A DNA stretch of 64,000 nt from Thermoplasmata archaeon (GTDB lineage Archaea > Thermoplasmatota > Thermoplasmata > Lutacidiplasmatales > UBA184), in NCBI GenBank assembly GCA_021806135.1, contig JAJZYB010000004.1, forward strand, positions 7,686-71,685, read 5' to 3'. The position numbers were made by a program, and so were the translations under genes. Below are positions 48,600 to 58,682 of this stretch, in pieces. The stretch's first letter is position 1. The number at the start of each line of letters is the position of its first letter. The notes beneath the pieces are model-generated. The model made no database searches, was not told the DNA's origin, and was given only the letters and a program-made list of their open reading frames with translations.

Positions 48600-48833
48600 C
48601 TAGGTGAGCTCCCCCAACTCCCACGCCCAGCAGAGGGGAAAGTCCGGACGGACCTCCACCCGGGGAGGGGCGCGGCCGGTCCCGCCACATCCCAAGCAAG
48701 AGGCGTTCGCCTGGAAGAGCGTGCGGCTCTCCGGGTCGTACTCCCAGCGGCGTTCGATCCCTTCTCCCTGGCAGAGCGGGCAGGGATCCGGTTCTTGATG
48801 GTCCGCCTGCGGACCTCGGTTTCTGGCGCTCAT
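48600..48833 (-). CDS. small C4 zinc-finger protein (hypothetical, 77 aa)
   Basis: MSARNRGPQADHQEPDPCPLCQGEG...ASCLGCGGTG is present. A TATA-like minus-strand ccttaaatacc lies at 48853-48863. Confidence 0.35.
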   Translation of the reverse strand: MSARNRGPQADHQEPDPCPLCQGEGIERRWEYDPESRTLFQANASCLGCGGTGRAPPRVEVRPDFPLCWAWELGELT

Positions 48834-49540
48834 CCGTGCTCTGTCTTCACTAGGCGCGCCGGTGGTATTTAAGGGGGGGCGTGGAAACCGGCTCCGGGTC
48901 GTGGCCCACACCCCCCTGCCCCCCACCCAGGACGGGGTGGAGGCTCTCCCTGAGAAACGCGCACATACCTCTCCCGAACGGACCCCGCCGAGCCCATCCC
49001 CCTCCCTGGGAGGGGTAGTTCCCAAGTCTGCGCGGGGGCCCGCATTCGAGAAAACCGTCTTCGTCCTCGTCCCGGCACTACCCGGGTCCGGGCTCCGACT
49101 CGGTCACGGGACAACAGGGTCGGTCGTCCAGCGGGAGGAAGACCGGGCCGAGCGGGCCTTCGCCCGGGAGGTCGGGGGGGAGCACAGGCGGACGGTGACC
49201 TTCTCTTGGAACGCCCGGGGCTGGGACCCGAAATGCCCAGGGATCCGGGTGGAGCATCCGTGGCGGGAGGCGTCCTCCCCCTCACGGGAGGGAGGAAGAG
49301 GCTCTCGTGCCTCGTCTCCGAACCGGTCCGGCGGTCGTTCGAGGCCATGGCCCCGTTCGCGCTCGAGGCTCGGTGGCCCGAACGGATCGCGCATCGTCCC
49401 GTCGGGGTTCGGGATGGCACGGGGGGACCGGCCGACGCCGGGGTGTTAGGTTCGGGGGGACGGACCGCCCGAGGAGATCGCCGCCGCGCTCGGCGGGGCC
49501 CCTCCGGGGGCCAGCTGCCCGAGATAGCGTCCCCCGCGGC

Positions 49541-49759
49541 TCAGTCGAGATATCCCAGCGCCCGGAGCCGCTCCGCGATGCGCCGTTCGTCCTCGGCGCT
49601 CAGCGGCTCTCCGGGAGAGGCGTTCGCCTCCAGGAGGCGGGCCACCACAAAACGGAGGAACTCCTCCGGGGAGGGGAAGGCGCTCCCCCGGATGCGCTCC
49701 TTCAGCCGGGCGTAGAGGTCGGCCGGCAGGGGAACGGGAACGGTCGGTTCGTCGGTCAT
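49541..49759 (-). CDS. ribbon-helix-helix (CopG-like) small DNA-binding protein
   Basis: MTDEPTVPVPLPADLYARLKERIRGSAFPSPEEFLRFVVARLL... has a beta-strand followed by two helices. It starts 18 nt after the tfb stop on the same strand. Confidence 0.45.
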   Translation of the reverse strand: MTDEPTVPVPLPADLYARLKERIRGSAFPSPEEFLRFVVARLLEANASPGEPLSAEDERRIAERLRALGYLD

Positions 49760-49776
49760 GGGGAGGTCCCGGCGGG

Positions 49777-50754
49777 TCAGGGCCGTCCGGCCAGGATGCG
49801 CCCGAGCCGGCGGAAGGCGTGCCGGAGGGTCACGTCCGTGACCTGGGCCACCCGGGCGATGTCGCTCTGGCGAAGCGGTTCCCCGATCTCCATGCTCGCG
49901 AGGTAGAGGGCCGCACCGGCGAGGCCGTTCGGGGAGACCCCGGAAGCTTCCGGATGGTCGCCCACCCGGTCCAAGAGGCTCAGGGCTCGGGCCACGGTCC
50001 GGGAGGAGACCTTCAGTTCCTCGGAGAAGCGCCGCACGTAGGTGGTCATCCCCACCGGGGGCAGGTCCAGGTTCAGGCCCCGGCGCAGCGCCATGTAAGC
50101 ACGGCCGAACTCCGCCCGGGTGATGCCGGCGGCCTGGGAGACCTCCGTCCAGGTCCGGGGGAGCGAGTAGCGACGGCAGGCGGCGTAGAGGCTCGCCGCC
50201 GCGGCAGAGGCGGCCGATCGTCCCCGGAAGAGCTTCGCCTCCCCTCCCTTGGTGAGCACCATGATGCCGGCCTGCTGCACCAGGGGCGGGAGCCCGAGCT
50301 GCAAGGAAGCGCGGCGAAGGACCTCCTCGGCCCGGGGGCTGCTGCCGGGGACAGCCCTCAGGCGGGAGCTCCCCTCCCGGGCCCGGCGCCGGAGGAGGCG
50401 GAAGGCCTTCTGAGCGGAAGGGGCCAAGAGCCGCCCCTGGGCGTCCCGGTTCCCCGGGAAGACCGTCTCCACGGGCCGGTGCGGGGCAAAGGGAGCCTGG
50501 GTGGGCCCGTGACCGGAGAGCACCGAGCCCTTGCCCTCCTCGTACACCGGAGCAGGCCCCGTGTCCAGTCGCGAGGTCTCCAGGACCAGGCCGCAGACCG
50601 CGCAGACCACCTCCCCGGTCCGGGGGTCCTGCACCGGTCGCCCGCCGCCGCAGGCAGGGCAACCCGGGGGACGCGGTGAACTCTGCACGTTATGGTCGGC
50701 TTCGGGAACCTTCCCGGAGGTAGCCTCATAGGGGGACCGGCGTCCCTGCTTCAT
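49777..50754 (-). CDS. tfb: transcription initiation factor IIB (TFB)
   Basis: The Zn ribbon is CPACGGG...CAVCGLV, followed by a B-reader and two cyclin repeats. Confidence 0.9.
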   Translation of the reverse strand: MKQGRRSPYEATSGKVPEADHNVQSSPRPPGCPACGGGRPVQDPRTGEVVCAVCGLVLETSRLDTGPAPVYEEGKGSVLSGHGPTQAPFAPHRPVETVFPGNRDAQGRLLAPSAQKAFRLLRRRAREGSSRLRAVPGSSPRAEEVLRRASLQLGLPPLVQQAGIMVLTKGGEAKLFRGRSAASAAAASLYAACRRYSLPRTWTEVSQAAGITRAEFGRAYMALRRGLNLDLPPVGMTTYVRRFSEELKVSSRTVARALSLLDRVGDHPEASGVSPNGLAGAALYLASMEIGEPLRQSDIARVAQVTDVTLRHAFRRLGRILAGRP

Positions 50755-50789
50755 AAGACTTGGGCCAAACGGCCCAAACCCTTCCTCGG

Positions 50790-51749
50790 TCACTCCCACT
50801 CGATGGTGGCGGGAGGTTTGTCCGTCAGGTCCAGGAGGACACGGATGATCCGGCCCGAGGAAGCCCGGGTGATCCGCTCGGCGAGGCGGCGGGCGACCTC
50901 CGGGGGGAGAGGCATCGCCGTGGCCGTCATGGCATCCCGGGAGTCCACCACCCGGACGGAGACGGCCTCCCCATACGTTCGTACGTCCCCTTCCACGCCC
51001 ACGGTACGGACCGGCAGCAGGGTGGCAAAGTACTGCCAGGGCCTCGGGAGGACCCCCTGGGCCACGGCACGATCCACTTCCTCCTCCACCGCGGCGCAGG
51101 CCAGCCGGGCCAGGGCCGCCCGGTCGGGGGTCACCTCGCCGACCACGCGGACGGCCAGCCCGGGCCCGGGGAACGGCTGGCGATCCGCCTCGGGGACCTT
51201 GAGGTGGCGGGCGAGGGCGCGGACCTCATCCTTGTAGAGGTCGCGAAGCGGTTCCACCAGCTTCAGCCGGAGGTCGCGGGGGAGCCCGCCGACGTTATGG
51301 TGCGTCTTGATCGTGTCCCGGAGGTTCCCTCCGCTCTCGATCCAGTCCGGGGCGATGGTCCCCTGGACCAGGTGGTCCGCTCCTGCCCGGGCAGCTTCCT
51401 CCTCGAAGATCCGGATGAAGGTCGTCCCCACCGCCTTGCGCTTCGCTTCCGGGTCCGTCACTCCGCGCAGCGCCTGGAAGAACCGCTCCGCACGGGACAG
51501 GAGTTCGAAGTGGACCCCGGCCTCCCCCAGCAGCTGGGCGGTCCGTTGGGCCTCCCCCTCCCGGAGCAGGCCGGTGTCCACGAAGAGGGCCTGGGCCCTC
51601 TCCCCCAGGGCCCGCTGAACGAGCACTGCGGCCACGGTACTGTCGATCCCGCCAGAAGCGGCGATGACGGCCTTCCCCGGGGAGGGGACGGCCCTGCGGA
51701 TGGCCTCCAAAGCCTCGGTCTCGAAGGCCGCCGGGTCGCGCACGGGCAA
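50790..51749 (-). CDS. guaA: GMP synthase subunit B (ATP pyrophosphatase subunit of the split archaeal GuaA)
   Basis: The PP-loop is AVIAASGGIDSTVAA. A C-terminal dimerisation domain ends at ...ATIEWE. The start is TTG or GTG. A TATA-like gggcttaactcc lies on the minus strand at 51765-51776. Confidence 0.9.
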   Translation of the reverse strand: MPVRDPAAFETEALEAIRRAVPSPGKAVIAASGGIDSTVAAVLVQRALGERAQALFVDTGLLREGEAQRTAQLLGEAGVHFELLSRAERFFQALRGVTDPEAKRKAVGTTFIRIFEEEAARAGADHLVQGTIAPDWIESGGNLRDTIKTHHNVGGLPRDLRLKLVEPLRDLYKDEVRALARHLKVPEADRQPFPGPGLAVRVVGEVTPDRAALARLACAAVEEEVDRAVAQGVLPRPWQYFATLLPVRTVGVEGDVRTYGEAVSVRVVDSRDAMTATAMPLPPEVARRLAERITRASSGRIIRVLLDLTDKPPATIEWE

Positions 51750-51916
51750 GCGGAGACGGGAGCGGAGTTAAGCCCTTCCCGGAGCCTGCTCCTCCGTCGG
51801 TGGTCCCCCGTCGGCAACGGCGGGTCCCCCGGATCTCCCGCGCGAAGATCGCGGCCCATCCCCCCGAGGGGGCCCTCTCGGAACCTGATCCCGCAATGGG
51901 CCGGTCCCGTTGCCCC

Positions 51917-53464
51917 TCAGACCAGCGGGATGAGACGGACGTGCGGCGCCCCGGCCTCCGGGTCCACCGCGAGAGCGTAGAGCATGGTCCGGGGACGGAC
52001 CCCGTAGAGGCAGGGGGTGTTGTCGATGCTCACCACCCGGAAGTACGTGTCCATCATGTTCACGATCTCGGCGGTGGAGGAGAGCCCGGGCTTGAGGAGG
52101 CCCAATCCCACGTCCCCCATGATGCTGGTCCGCTCCACCCCCATGAAGAGGGTCTTGATGGCGAGCTGGTCTCCCTGAAGGTACTCCAGCGTGTCGAACC
52201 CGGTGTACTCGATGTAGGGCTGGGGCTGTCGGTCCCCTCGCACGGCCCGTTCGGCGTTCTGCAGCGCCCGTTGGGCGTCCTCCCTCCCGGCCCGGAGCAT
52301 GGGGAGGATGTACGGGGCCTTCGGCTCGGCCGCGAAGTAATCCGTGATCCGGACCCGGGAGTCGAAGGTCCCCGGCGGGATGAACCGGGCCAGGAGGTCC
52401 TTGAGGGACTCCGCCGACTCCCCCCCGGACAGGACCCCGAGGATCCCCCGGTCCTGCGAGAGGAAGTTCAGGAACATGGGCGCGAAGAGACGGTAGTAGT
52501 CGTCGGTGGAGACGTTCACGTCGATCTCGAAGCCATTGTAGGAGCCCCGGCGGAAGCCCCCGCCCAGCAGCGTGTCGAAGTCCGGTATCCCGGTGGAGAA
52601 GTGGGTGCGGCTGTCCGGGATCGGCTGCCATGGATGGGGCGCCATCTCGGTGGGCTCTGGGCGGGGAAGCAGTCCTAGGGCGCGGAACCGTCCGCCGGCG
52701 AGGGTGACCGCATAGCGGGACCGGGGGATGGCCGTGGCCCGGAGCTTCTCCAGGCGCAAGTGCCGGATCCTCCGCTCGTCCACCTCCTCCCGGGAGAGGG
52801 AGATGAGGCCATCGACCAGGTACTCGATGCCCCCGGCCTCGGGCTTCTCCAGGATCATCACCACGTTGGTGTTGGAGTTCTCGGCCAGGTCCTTCTGCAG
52901 GGCCATGACCATCTCCTCCATCTCGAGGGCGTACTTGTGCGTCACCCCTTCGAGGGAATCCACCACCAAGAGGGCCTTCTCCGGGAGCACGCGCTCGATC
53001 CGGTCGTACAGGTGCTCGAGCTCGGGCATCCGGTTCCTCTGGAGCAGCGCGTTGAGCTGCGTGCGGTCCACGGTACGGGGGCGGGTGGCCTCCTCTCCCA
53101 TGGTCCGGAGCAGGTCCCGGGCCTGGTTGAGCCGCTCACGGACGGCGGGGGAGACCGGTGCGGCCGGTTCCCGCTCCCGTTCCGCGATGGTCTCCAGGAA
53201 GATCTTCCCGGCGTCGTAGATGCGGTTACGCGACTCCACGGTCTTGAGCCACGGGAACTGCCGGAGCAGGGCCTCGTCGGAGACACGCGTGGACAGGTAG
53301 AAGCTCCGGCCGCTCTCCCCGAGCTTCTCCAACAGTTCGAGCCCGAGCGTGGTCTTGCCCGTGCCGGCCCCACCCTTGACGATGACGCTCCGGCCCCCGG
53401 GTTGTCCGAGGAAGCTGACCAGTTCTGGGGGGATGCCAGTGGGGTCGGTGGGGGTAGGGTCCAT
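51917..53464 (-). CDS. KaiC-like double RecA-fold ATPase with an intact first domain and a degenerate second domain
   Basis: Domain 1 has TGIPPELVSFLGQPGG...VKGGAGTGKTTLGLELL (Walker A) and LLVVDSL (Walker B). Domain 2 keeps TGIPDFDTLLGGGFRRGS but lacks a P-loop. The ATG at 53464 is preferred to the track TTG at 53506 because of the spacing to the TATA. Confidence 0.6.
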   Translation of the reverse strand: MDPTPTDPTGIPPELVSFLGQPGGRSVIVKGGAGTGKTTLGLELLEKLGESGRSFYLSTRVSDEALLRQFPWLKTVESRNRIYDAGKIFLETIAEREREPAAPVSPAVRERLNQARDLLRTMGEEATRPRTVDRTQLNALLQRNRMPELEHLYDRIERVLPEKALLVVDSLEGVTHKYALEMEEMVMALQKDLAENSNTNVVMILEKPEAGGIEYLVDGLISLSREEVDERRIRHLRLEKLRATAIPRSRYAVTLAGGRFRALGLLPRPEPTEMAPHPWQPIPDSRTHFSTGIPDFDTLLGGGFRRGSYNGFEIDVNVSTDDYYRLFAPMFLNFLSQDRGILGVLSGGESAESLKDLLARFIPPGTFDSRVRITDYFAAEPKAPYILPMLRAGREDAQRALQNAERAVRGDRQPQPYIEYTGFDTLEYLQGDQLAIKTLFMGVERTSIMGDVGLGLLKPGLSSTAEIVNMMDTYFRVVSIDNTPCLYGVRPRTMLYALAVDPEAGAPHVRLIPLV

Positions 53465-53510
53465 GTGAATGGGGTCCTCCTTGAGCGCGGGAAAATCAAG
53501 GCTCAATCGC

Positions 53511-53525
53511 GCTTATATAAACACC
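53511..53525 (-). promoter_or_regulatory. TATA box (minus strand ggtgtttatataagc) upstream of the KaiC-like gene
   Basis: The AT-rich gcttatataaacacc lies about 45-60 nt from the ATG at 53464. Confidence 0.45.
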
Positions 53526-53867
53526 GGGAGAGGGGCAAGGAAGAGGGATGGACCGCCCATGCGCCGGCGGAGACGGGCGAAGGATGATATAACTCAACCC
53601 TTGGCTGGACTCCCTACGCGGTCCGGCCTCGTCCCTCCTGGGGATTGGCCGGGCGCTGGGGGAAGACCGTGACGAAGCAAGCGGGGATTTCCGGGGAGCA
53701 GGGAACCAAAGGCGCGGGATGGGGGACGGGGGTGGGGGGACACCGGCCCTTCTCATCGGTGGGGGGTCCATGTCCTCTCCGGGCTCCGCCGCTTCCAGCG
53801 ATCAGGCGCTCTCTCGAGGCCGCGACGGTGTGTTCTCTCACGGCCAACGCTTGGCCTGGCCTTTGCC

Positions 53868-56028
53868 GTGGTCCTCCTCCTCTTGGGTTCCGCCCTTCTG
53901 GGGGGGGTCGGAACGGCCCAGGGCGCCTCCTCCACCCGGGGCGTTTCGGGCGCCACGTCCCCTGCCGTCTTACCGGGGGCGCGACGGATCGGGGAAACCC
54001 GGCCGCTGGGCAACCAGGCTCCCCCTCCACGGCAGAAGCGCGTCCTGTCGGCGGTCGACCTTTCCGTCGAACCCCGGAAGGCCGCAACCACCGTGTGCCA
54101 TGAGCTGGTCGCTGGCCCCTTTTTTGTGCTCGTGTGTGTAGACCCTTCCACAGTGGACGTGGCACAACCGACTGCGATTTCATTCGCTACAACACCCCCA
54201 CTCCCCATGGACTACTACCTTAACCTCAGCGATGGCCAGAGCCTGAGTGCTCATCCATGCCTCGCGTTTGCCAGCTTCACACTCTCCCTCCCTCTGGCCG
54301 GGGCACTCACGGCGAACGCCACTGCACGAGCCTGCGACTCCTCACTACAAAGTTCCGTGGTCTTCCCCCTTGACGTCTACCCGGATCCCGTCCTCGCCCC
54401 CGTCCAGAGCAGCTTCAACGGCACCCCCAGTTCCAGCGCGGACCAGGGCCAGTCGGCCCAGTTCTCGGTCTCCGGGACCCGGGGGGCACCCCCCTATTCC
54501 TTCTCCTGGACGGGGCTTCCGGCCCAGGGCTGCACCGTCGCCTCGGCGAACGGTTCCTCCGTGGCCACCTGTACCGACCTGGCCGAGAACGTGACCGGCC
54601 TGGCGGTGCAGGCCACCCTCACCGACAACAACTCCTTCTCGGTGACGACCCCGACCCTGACCTTCCCGGTCCTTCCGGACCCAGCGGTGGCGGTTCCTCT
54701 GGCCCAGGGACCCTCCGGGAGCATCGCCTCGGGGGATACGGGGCAGGTCGTGAGCTTCGAGGCGAGCGCCAAGGGCGGGTCAGGGATCTTCTCCGTCTAC
54801 CACTGGACCGGCCTCCCCCCGGGGCAGTGCTGGGGAACGACCACCGCCACCGTGGATTGCTTGCTGGGTTCTCCCACCAGCACCCCCACCAGTGTACGGG
54901 TCGCCGTCACCGACTCCAACGGGTTCACCTCTCCCCTCTCCCCCGCCCTTTCCTTCTCCGTCTACGCGGCCCCGACGGCCACCCCCCCCTGTGGCCATCC
55001 TGGCCGGGGAGGTCACCGACAGTGTCGACGCGGGACAGACGGTCACCTTCAGCACATCGGTCGCAGGGGGGGCCGGCGGCGGTGCCCTCGTCTGGCACGG
55101 TCTTCCCCCGGGCTGCCCGGCGGGCACCGGGCCAACCCTCACATGCACGGCATCCCAAGCCGGTTCCTACTCCGTCCTGGTCAGCGGGACCGACGGCAAT
55201 GGGGTCCCCTTCACCTCCTCCCCCCTCTCCCTCACCGTCTTCCCAGACCCCACGGTGGATCTTCTTCTCGTCTCCCACGACTCCCGCGATGTGGGACAGA
55301 CGGTGAGCTTCCAGGCGGGGGCCTCCAACGGGACCGGGGACTACAGCCGTTTCCAATGGAGCGGGCTGCCGACCGGCTCCTGTTCGGGCTTGACCACGGC
55401 CAGCGTGGTCTGCGCTCTCAGCGCGGCGGGGACCTACAACATCTCGGTGGCCGTGACGGACACGAACGGGATGTCCTCCTCTCCCAGCAGGCCGGTCACC
55501 CTTGTGGTGGCCCCGACCCTCGTGGTCTCTCCCCCGGCGGTGACTCCTGGCCGCACGCTGGTCGGGACCACCGTGACCTTCCAGGCCAACCTCACCGGGG
55601 GCGCCGGTCCGCTGACCTTCACGTGGCACGGCCTCCCTCCAGGATGCGCACCGACGAACCGGTCCTCCCTCTCCTGCCCGGTCCAGACCGAAGGAACGTA
55701 CGCGATTTGGTACCAGGTCCGGGACCAGAATGGCGTGTCGTCCACCTCGGGCGCCACCCTGCTCGCGATGGCCCCCGTCTCCCTCCCTCCCCCCCCGAGC
55801 CCGCCGACCGTCCTCGGGATCCCATCGACCGCCGGATACACTCTCTTGGGGACCCTGGTGCTCGCGCTGGTCCTGGGAGCGGTGCTGGCGTTGTTGGTCC
55901 TCCGGAAACCGAGAGCCGCCGGTCGCGGGCCACCACCCCCGGGAGGGGGAACCGTCCAGGGCCCGCCGGCCCGGGTGGAGGGGGATGGTCCCCCCGCACC
56001 GGCGCCGGGAACGAAACCCCCGCCGTAG
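53868..56028 (+). CDS. secreted, membrane-anchored surface protein built from at least 5 tandem roughly 95-aa repeats, interrupted by a +1/-1 frameshift at a C8 homopolymer (54982..54989)
   Basis: The signal peptide is MVLLLLGSALLGGVGTAQG. The repeats carry conserved W-x-GLP-x-GC...C...G-(S/T)-Y...V-x-D-x-NG. The C-terminal TM is LLGTLVLALVLGAVLALLV followed by RKPR. The frame 53868.. continues as 54892..56028 if one C is removed from the C8 run, joining ...AAPTATPP to VAILAGEVTDS... Confidence 0.6.
54982..54989 (+). repeat. C8 homopolymer tract at the frameshift point
   Basis: The sequence reads acccccccct. Confidence 0.9.
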
Positions 56029-56074
56029 CGAAGGTGGAACGCGTCGGGGCCGCCGTGGGTTGTCCCGCCGTCCC

Positions 56075-58669
56075 TCAGGCGCCCTTGGCGAGCCCTTCCA
56101 GGGCCTGCCGGGCCGAGCGGAGGGCGGAGGCCAGCGGCTCCCCGGGAGGCCCAGAGGCGGTGGCCGCCGAGGCATTCCCCCCTCCCCGTCCTCCCCACCC
56201 GGGGAGCGCCGCCTGGAGGAGATCCCGTGCGGGGTAGCGATCCGGCGAGGAAGAGGCGACGAAGAGGATCCCCCCCCCTCCCTCCGGCTCGGAGGAAAGC
56301 AGAGCGACGGTGGCCGGCGTGCGCGTGAGCTCCCGCGCCACCTCCTGCACCTCCTCCCGGGAGAGGGCGAGCTTCCCCACGATCCCGTGGACGCTCCCCC
56401 CGGGGCTCGCAAGGTCGAAGGCGCCTTCCCGCTGGAGGCGTTGCGCTGTGTCCTTCAGGTTCGCCTTCCCGCCGCTGCGGGACGCCTTCTCCAAGACCCG
56501 GACCCTCTCCTTGAGCTTCTCCACCGCGGGGGGGATCCCCTCCACGGGGGCGGCCAGGGAACGGGACGTCTCCTGGAGGATGCGTTCGTGCTCCTGCATC
56601 ACCGTCAGGGAGCGTTCCCCCGAGACGAAGTGGACCCGGACCATCCCGTCCTGGATACGCTCCGACCCCAGGATCTTCACGAACCCCACCTCGGAGGTGT
56701 GCGTGCAGTGGGTGCCTCCGCAGGCCTCCACGTCGAACCCCTCGATCTCCACGATGCGCAGCTCCCGCCCGGGGACCGCCCCTCCCTGGTAGAGGCCGAA
56801 TCCCCATCGCTCCTCGGCCCGCCCCCGGGGCTCGAAGAAGCTCAGGACCGGGCGGTCCTCGGCCACGATGCGGTTCACCAGCCGCTCCACCCGGGCCAGT
56901 TGTTCCGGGGCGAGGGCGGACCAGTGGGTGACGTCGAGCCTCGCTCCTTCCACCCCCTTGTAGGCGCCCGCCTGCCAGACGTGCGGACCCAGGATCGTCC
57001 GGAGCGCCCCGTTGATGAGGTGGGTGCCCGTGTGGTGCTGCATGAGCTGCCGACGCCGGACCCCGTCCACCACGCCTTCCACCACGCTCCCCGGCACGAA
57101 GGGCGGATGACCTCTCTCCAGCCGGTGGAGGACGTACGCCCCGATCCTCGCCACCTCGGGCACGAAGCGGCCCCCCAGGGTCCCCTGGTCGGTCACCTGC
57201 CCCCCGCCCGTGGGATAGAAGTACGTGCGGTCCAGGAGCACCCAGGGCCCATGCACGTAGAGCACCCGGGCGCTGAACCTCAAGCGATACGGGTCCAACG
57301 GGTAGAGCACCTCGGTCGCCGGCACCGTGGACGGAGGATGGGGGAGCTCCCCTTCCGTGCTCGCTTCGCCGGCGGCACCCTCCGGCTCGACCTTCTCATG
57401 CCGGCGGGAGACCTGGGCGAGGAAATCCGGGGGGATCTCCAGCGGGGTCCCCAACTCCTCCCGGACCGCGTCCGGGGGGATGCCGAAGCTGTCGTAGAGC
57501 TCCAGGAGGTCCTCTAACAGGAGGCCCCGTCCCTCGGCCCTCCGGCGCTCCTCCACCCGCCGGACCTGCACGCGTCCCCGGGCGAGCGCCTCGTCGAAGC
57601 GGCGCTCCTCCAGCGCGAGGATCTCCTCCAGCCCGGCCCGGTCGGAGAGCACTTCCGGGAAATGCCGCCCCACATCCTCCGCCACCCGCTCCACCAACGC
57701 GGTCAGCCCGGTCTCCCCGGGGTGTTTCTGGAGCACGCGGAGCATCCGGCGGAGCAAGAGCCTCGCCAGGTAGCCCTCCCGGACGTTGGAGGGGACGACC
57801 CCGTCGGTGAAGAGGAACAGGAAGTTCTTGGCATGGTCGAGGAGCACCGCCTTCTCCGCCAGGGAGAACGCCTCGGGGAGCTCCTCCAGCAGCCGGGGGA
57901 AGATCGCCTCGTAGATGGTCTGCGTCCCCTGGGACATCCAGACGAAGCGCTCCAGACCGTAACCGGTGTCCACCACGGTCATGGGCATGGGACGCCACGC
58001 CCCTTCCCGCCCCTCGTACTCCATGAAGACCAGGGTGGCCAGTTCCAGTCCCCGGAGCCCCACCGAGACCGACGGGCCCCGGTTCCCTCCTCCCTCCCAG
58101 GCCTCCTCCTTGTACGTGATCTCCCCCTCCGGGGCGCCGAGGGCGTCCACCAGGAGCTCGTGGCAGAGCTCCACCGTACGGTCCTTGAAGTAGACCGGAT
58201 GCCCCGGGCGGTTGAAGGCGTGGTGGGCGAGCATCTCGAAGAAGGTCAGGTGCCGCCCCGTCACCCCCACGTTGTCCAGGTCGTTGAACCGCAGGCAGGG
58301 CTGCGAGAGGGCAAGCGGGTTGGCCGGGGGGTCGATGGCCCCCGAGGTGACCCAGGGTTGGAAGTCGTAGATGGAGGCCTGGACGAACATCACGTCGTTC
58401 CGCCACCGGGGGACCACGGGGTAGCGCCGGATCCGGCGGTGCCCCCGCGCTTCGAAGAAGTCCAGGTAGAACTCCCTGAACTCGTCCAGGGTGAAGGTCC
58501 GGCGGAAGGGGGAGTTCCCCTGGAAGCTGTAGGGGGTGCAGGGGGACTCCGCACAGGTGTCCCGGTCCCCCCGGGTCCAGAAGGCCTCCCCGCAGGAGAC
58601 GCAGACCGTCCGGTGGAAGCCGAGGCGGGGAGGGAAGGCCTCCTCGTATTCCCGGGGTTCCAGCGTCAT
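56075..58669 (-). CDS. alaS: alanyl-tRNA synthetase (archaeal type)
   Basis: The N-terminus is MTLEPREYEEAFPPRLGFHRTVCVSCGEAFW. The editing-domain motif is HHTGTHLINGALRTILG. The ATG at 58669 lies in the longer track ORF. A TATA-like minus-strand ccgttaagg sits at about 58700. Confidence 0.9.
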   Translation of the reverse strand: MTLEPREYEEAFPPRLGFHRTVCVSCGEAFWTRGDRDTCAESPCTPYSFQGNSPFRRTFTLDEFREFYLDFFEARGHRRIRRYPVVPRWRNDVMFVQASIYDFQPWVTSGAIDPPANPLALSQPCLRFNDLDNVGVTGRHLTFFEMLAHHAFNRPGHPVYFKDRTVELCHELLVDALGAPEGEITYKEEAWEGGGNRGPSVSVGLRGLELATLVFMEYEGREGAWRPMPMTVVDTGYGLERFVWMSQGTQTIYEAIFPRLLEELPEAFSLAEKAVLLDHAKNFLFLFTDGVVPSNVREGYLARLLLRRMLRVLQKHPGETGLTALVERVAEDVGRHFPEVLSDRAGLEEILALEERRFDEALARGRVQVRRVEERRRAEGRGLLLEDLLELYDSFGIPPDAVREELGTPLEIPPDFLAQVSRRHEKVEPEGAAGEASTEGELPHPPSTVPATEVLYPLDPYRLRFSARVLYVHGPWVLLDRTYFYPTGGGQVTDQGTLGGRFVPEVARIGAYVLHRLERGHPPFVPGSVVEGVVDGVRRRQLMQHHTGTHLINGALRTILGPHVWQAGAYKGVEGARLDVTHWSALAPEQLARVERLVNRIVAEDRPVLSFFEPRGRAEERWGFGLYQGGAVPGRELRIVEIEGFDVEACGGTHCTHTSEVGFVKILGSERIQDGMVRVHFVSGERSLTVMQEHERILQETSRSLAAPVEGIPPAVEKLKERVRVLEKASRSGGKANLKDTAQRLQREGAFDLASPGGSVHGIVGKLALSREEVQEVARELTRTPATVALLSSEPEGGGGILFVASSSPDRYPARDLLQAALPGWGGRGGGNASAATASGPPGEPLASALRSARQALEGLAKGA

Positions 58670-58682
58670 GGGGAAGGCTGAC

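Noticed and set aside
51768-52631. The 287-aa minus ORF inside the KaiC-like gene
   Set aside because: It is an alternative frame of the KaiC-like gene with no motif and poor codon bias.
54892-56028. Treating 54892..56028 as an independent gene
   Set aside because: It has no signal peptide and continues the same repeat family in register with the upstream frame. It is the second half of the frameshifted surface protein.
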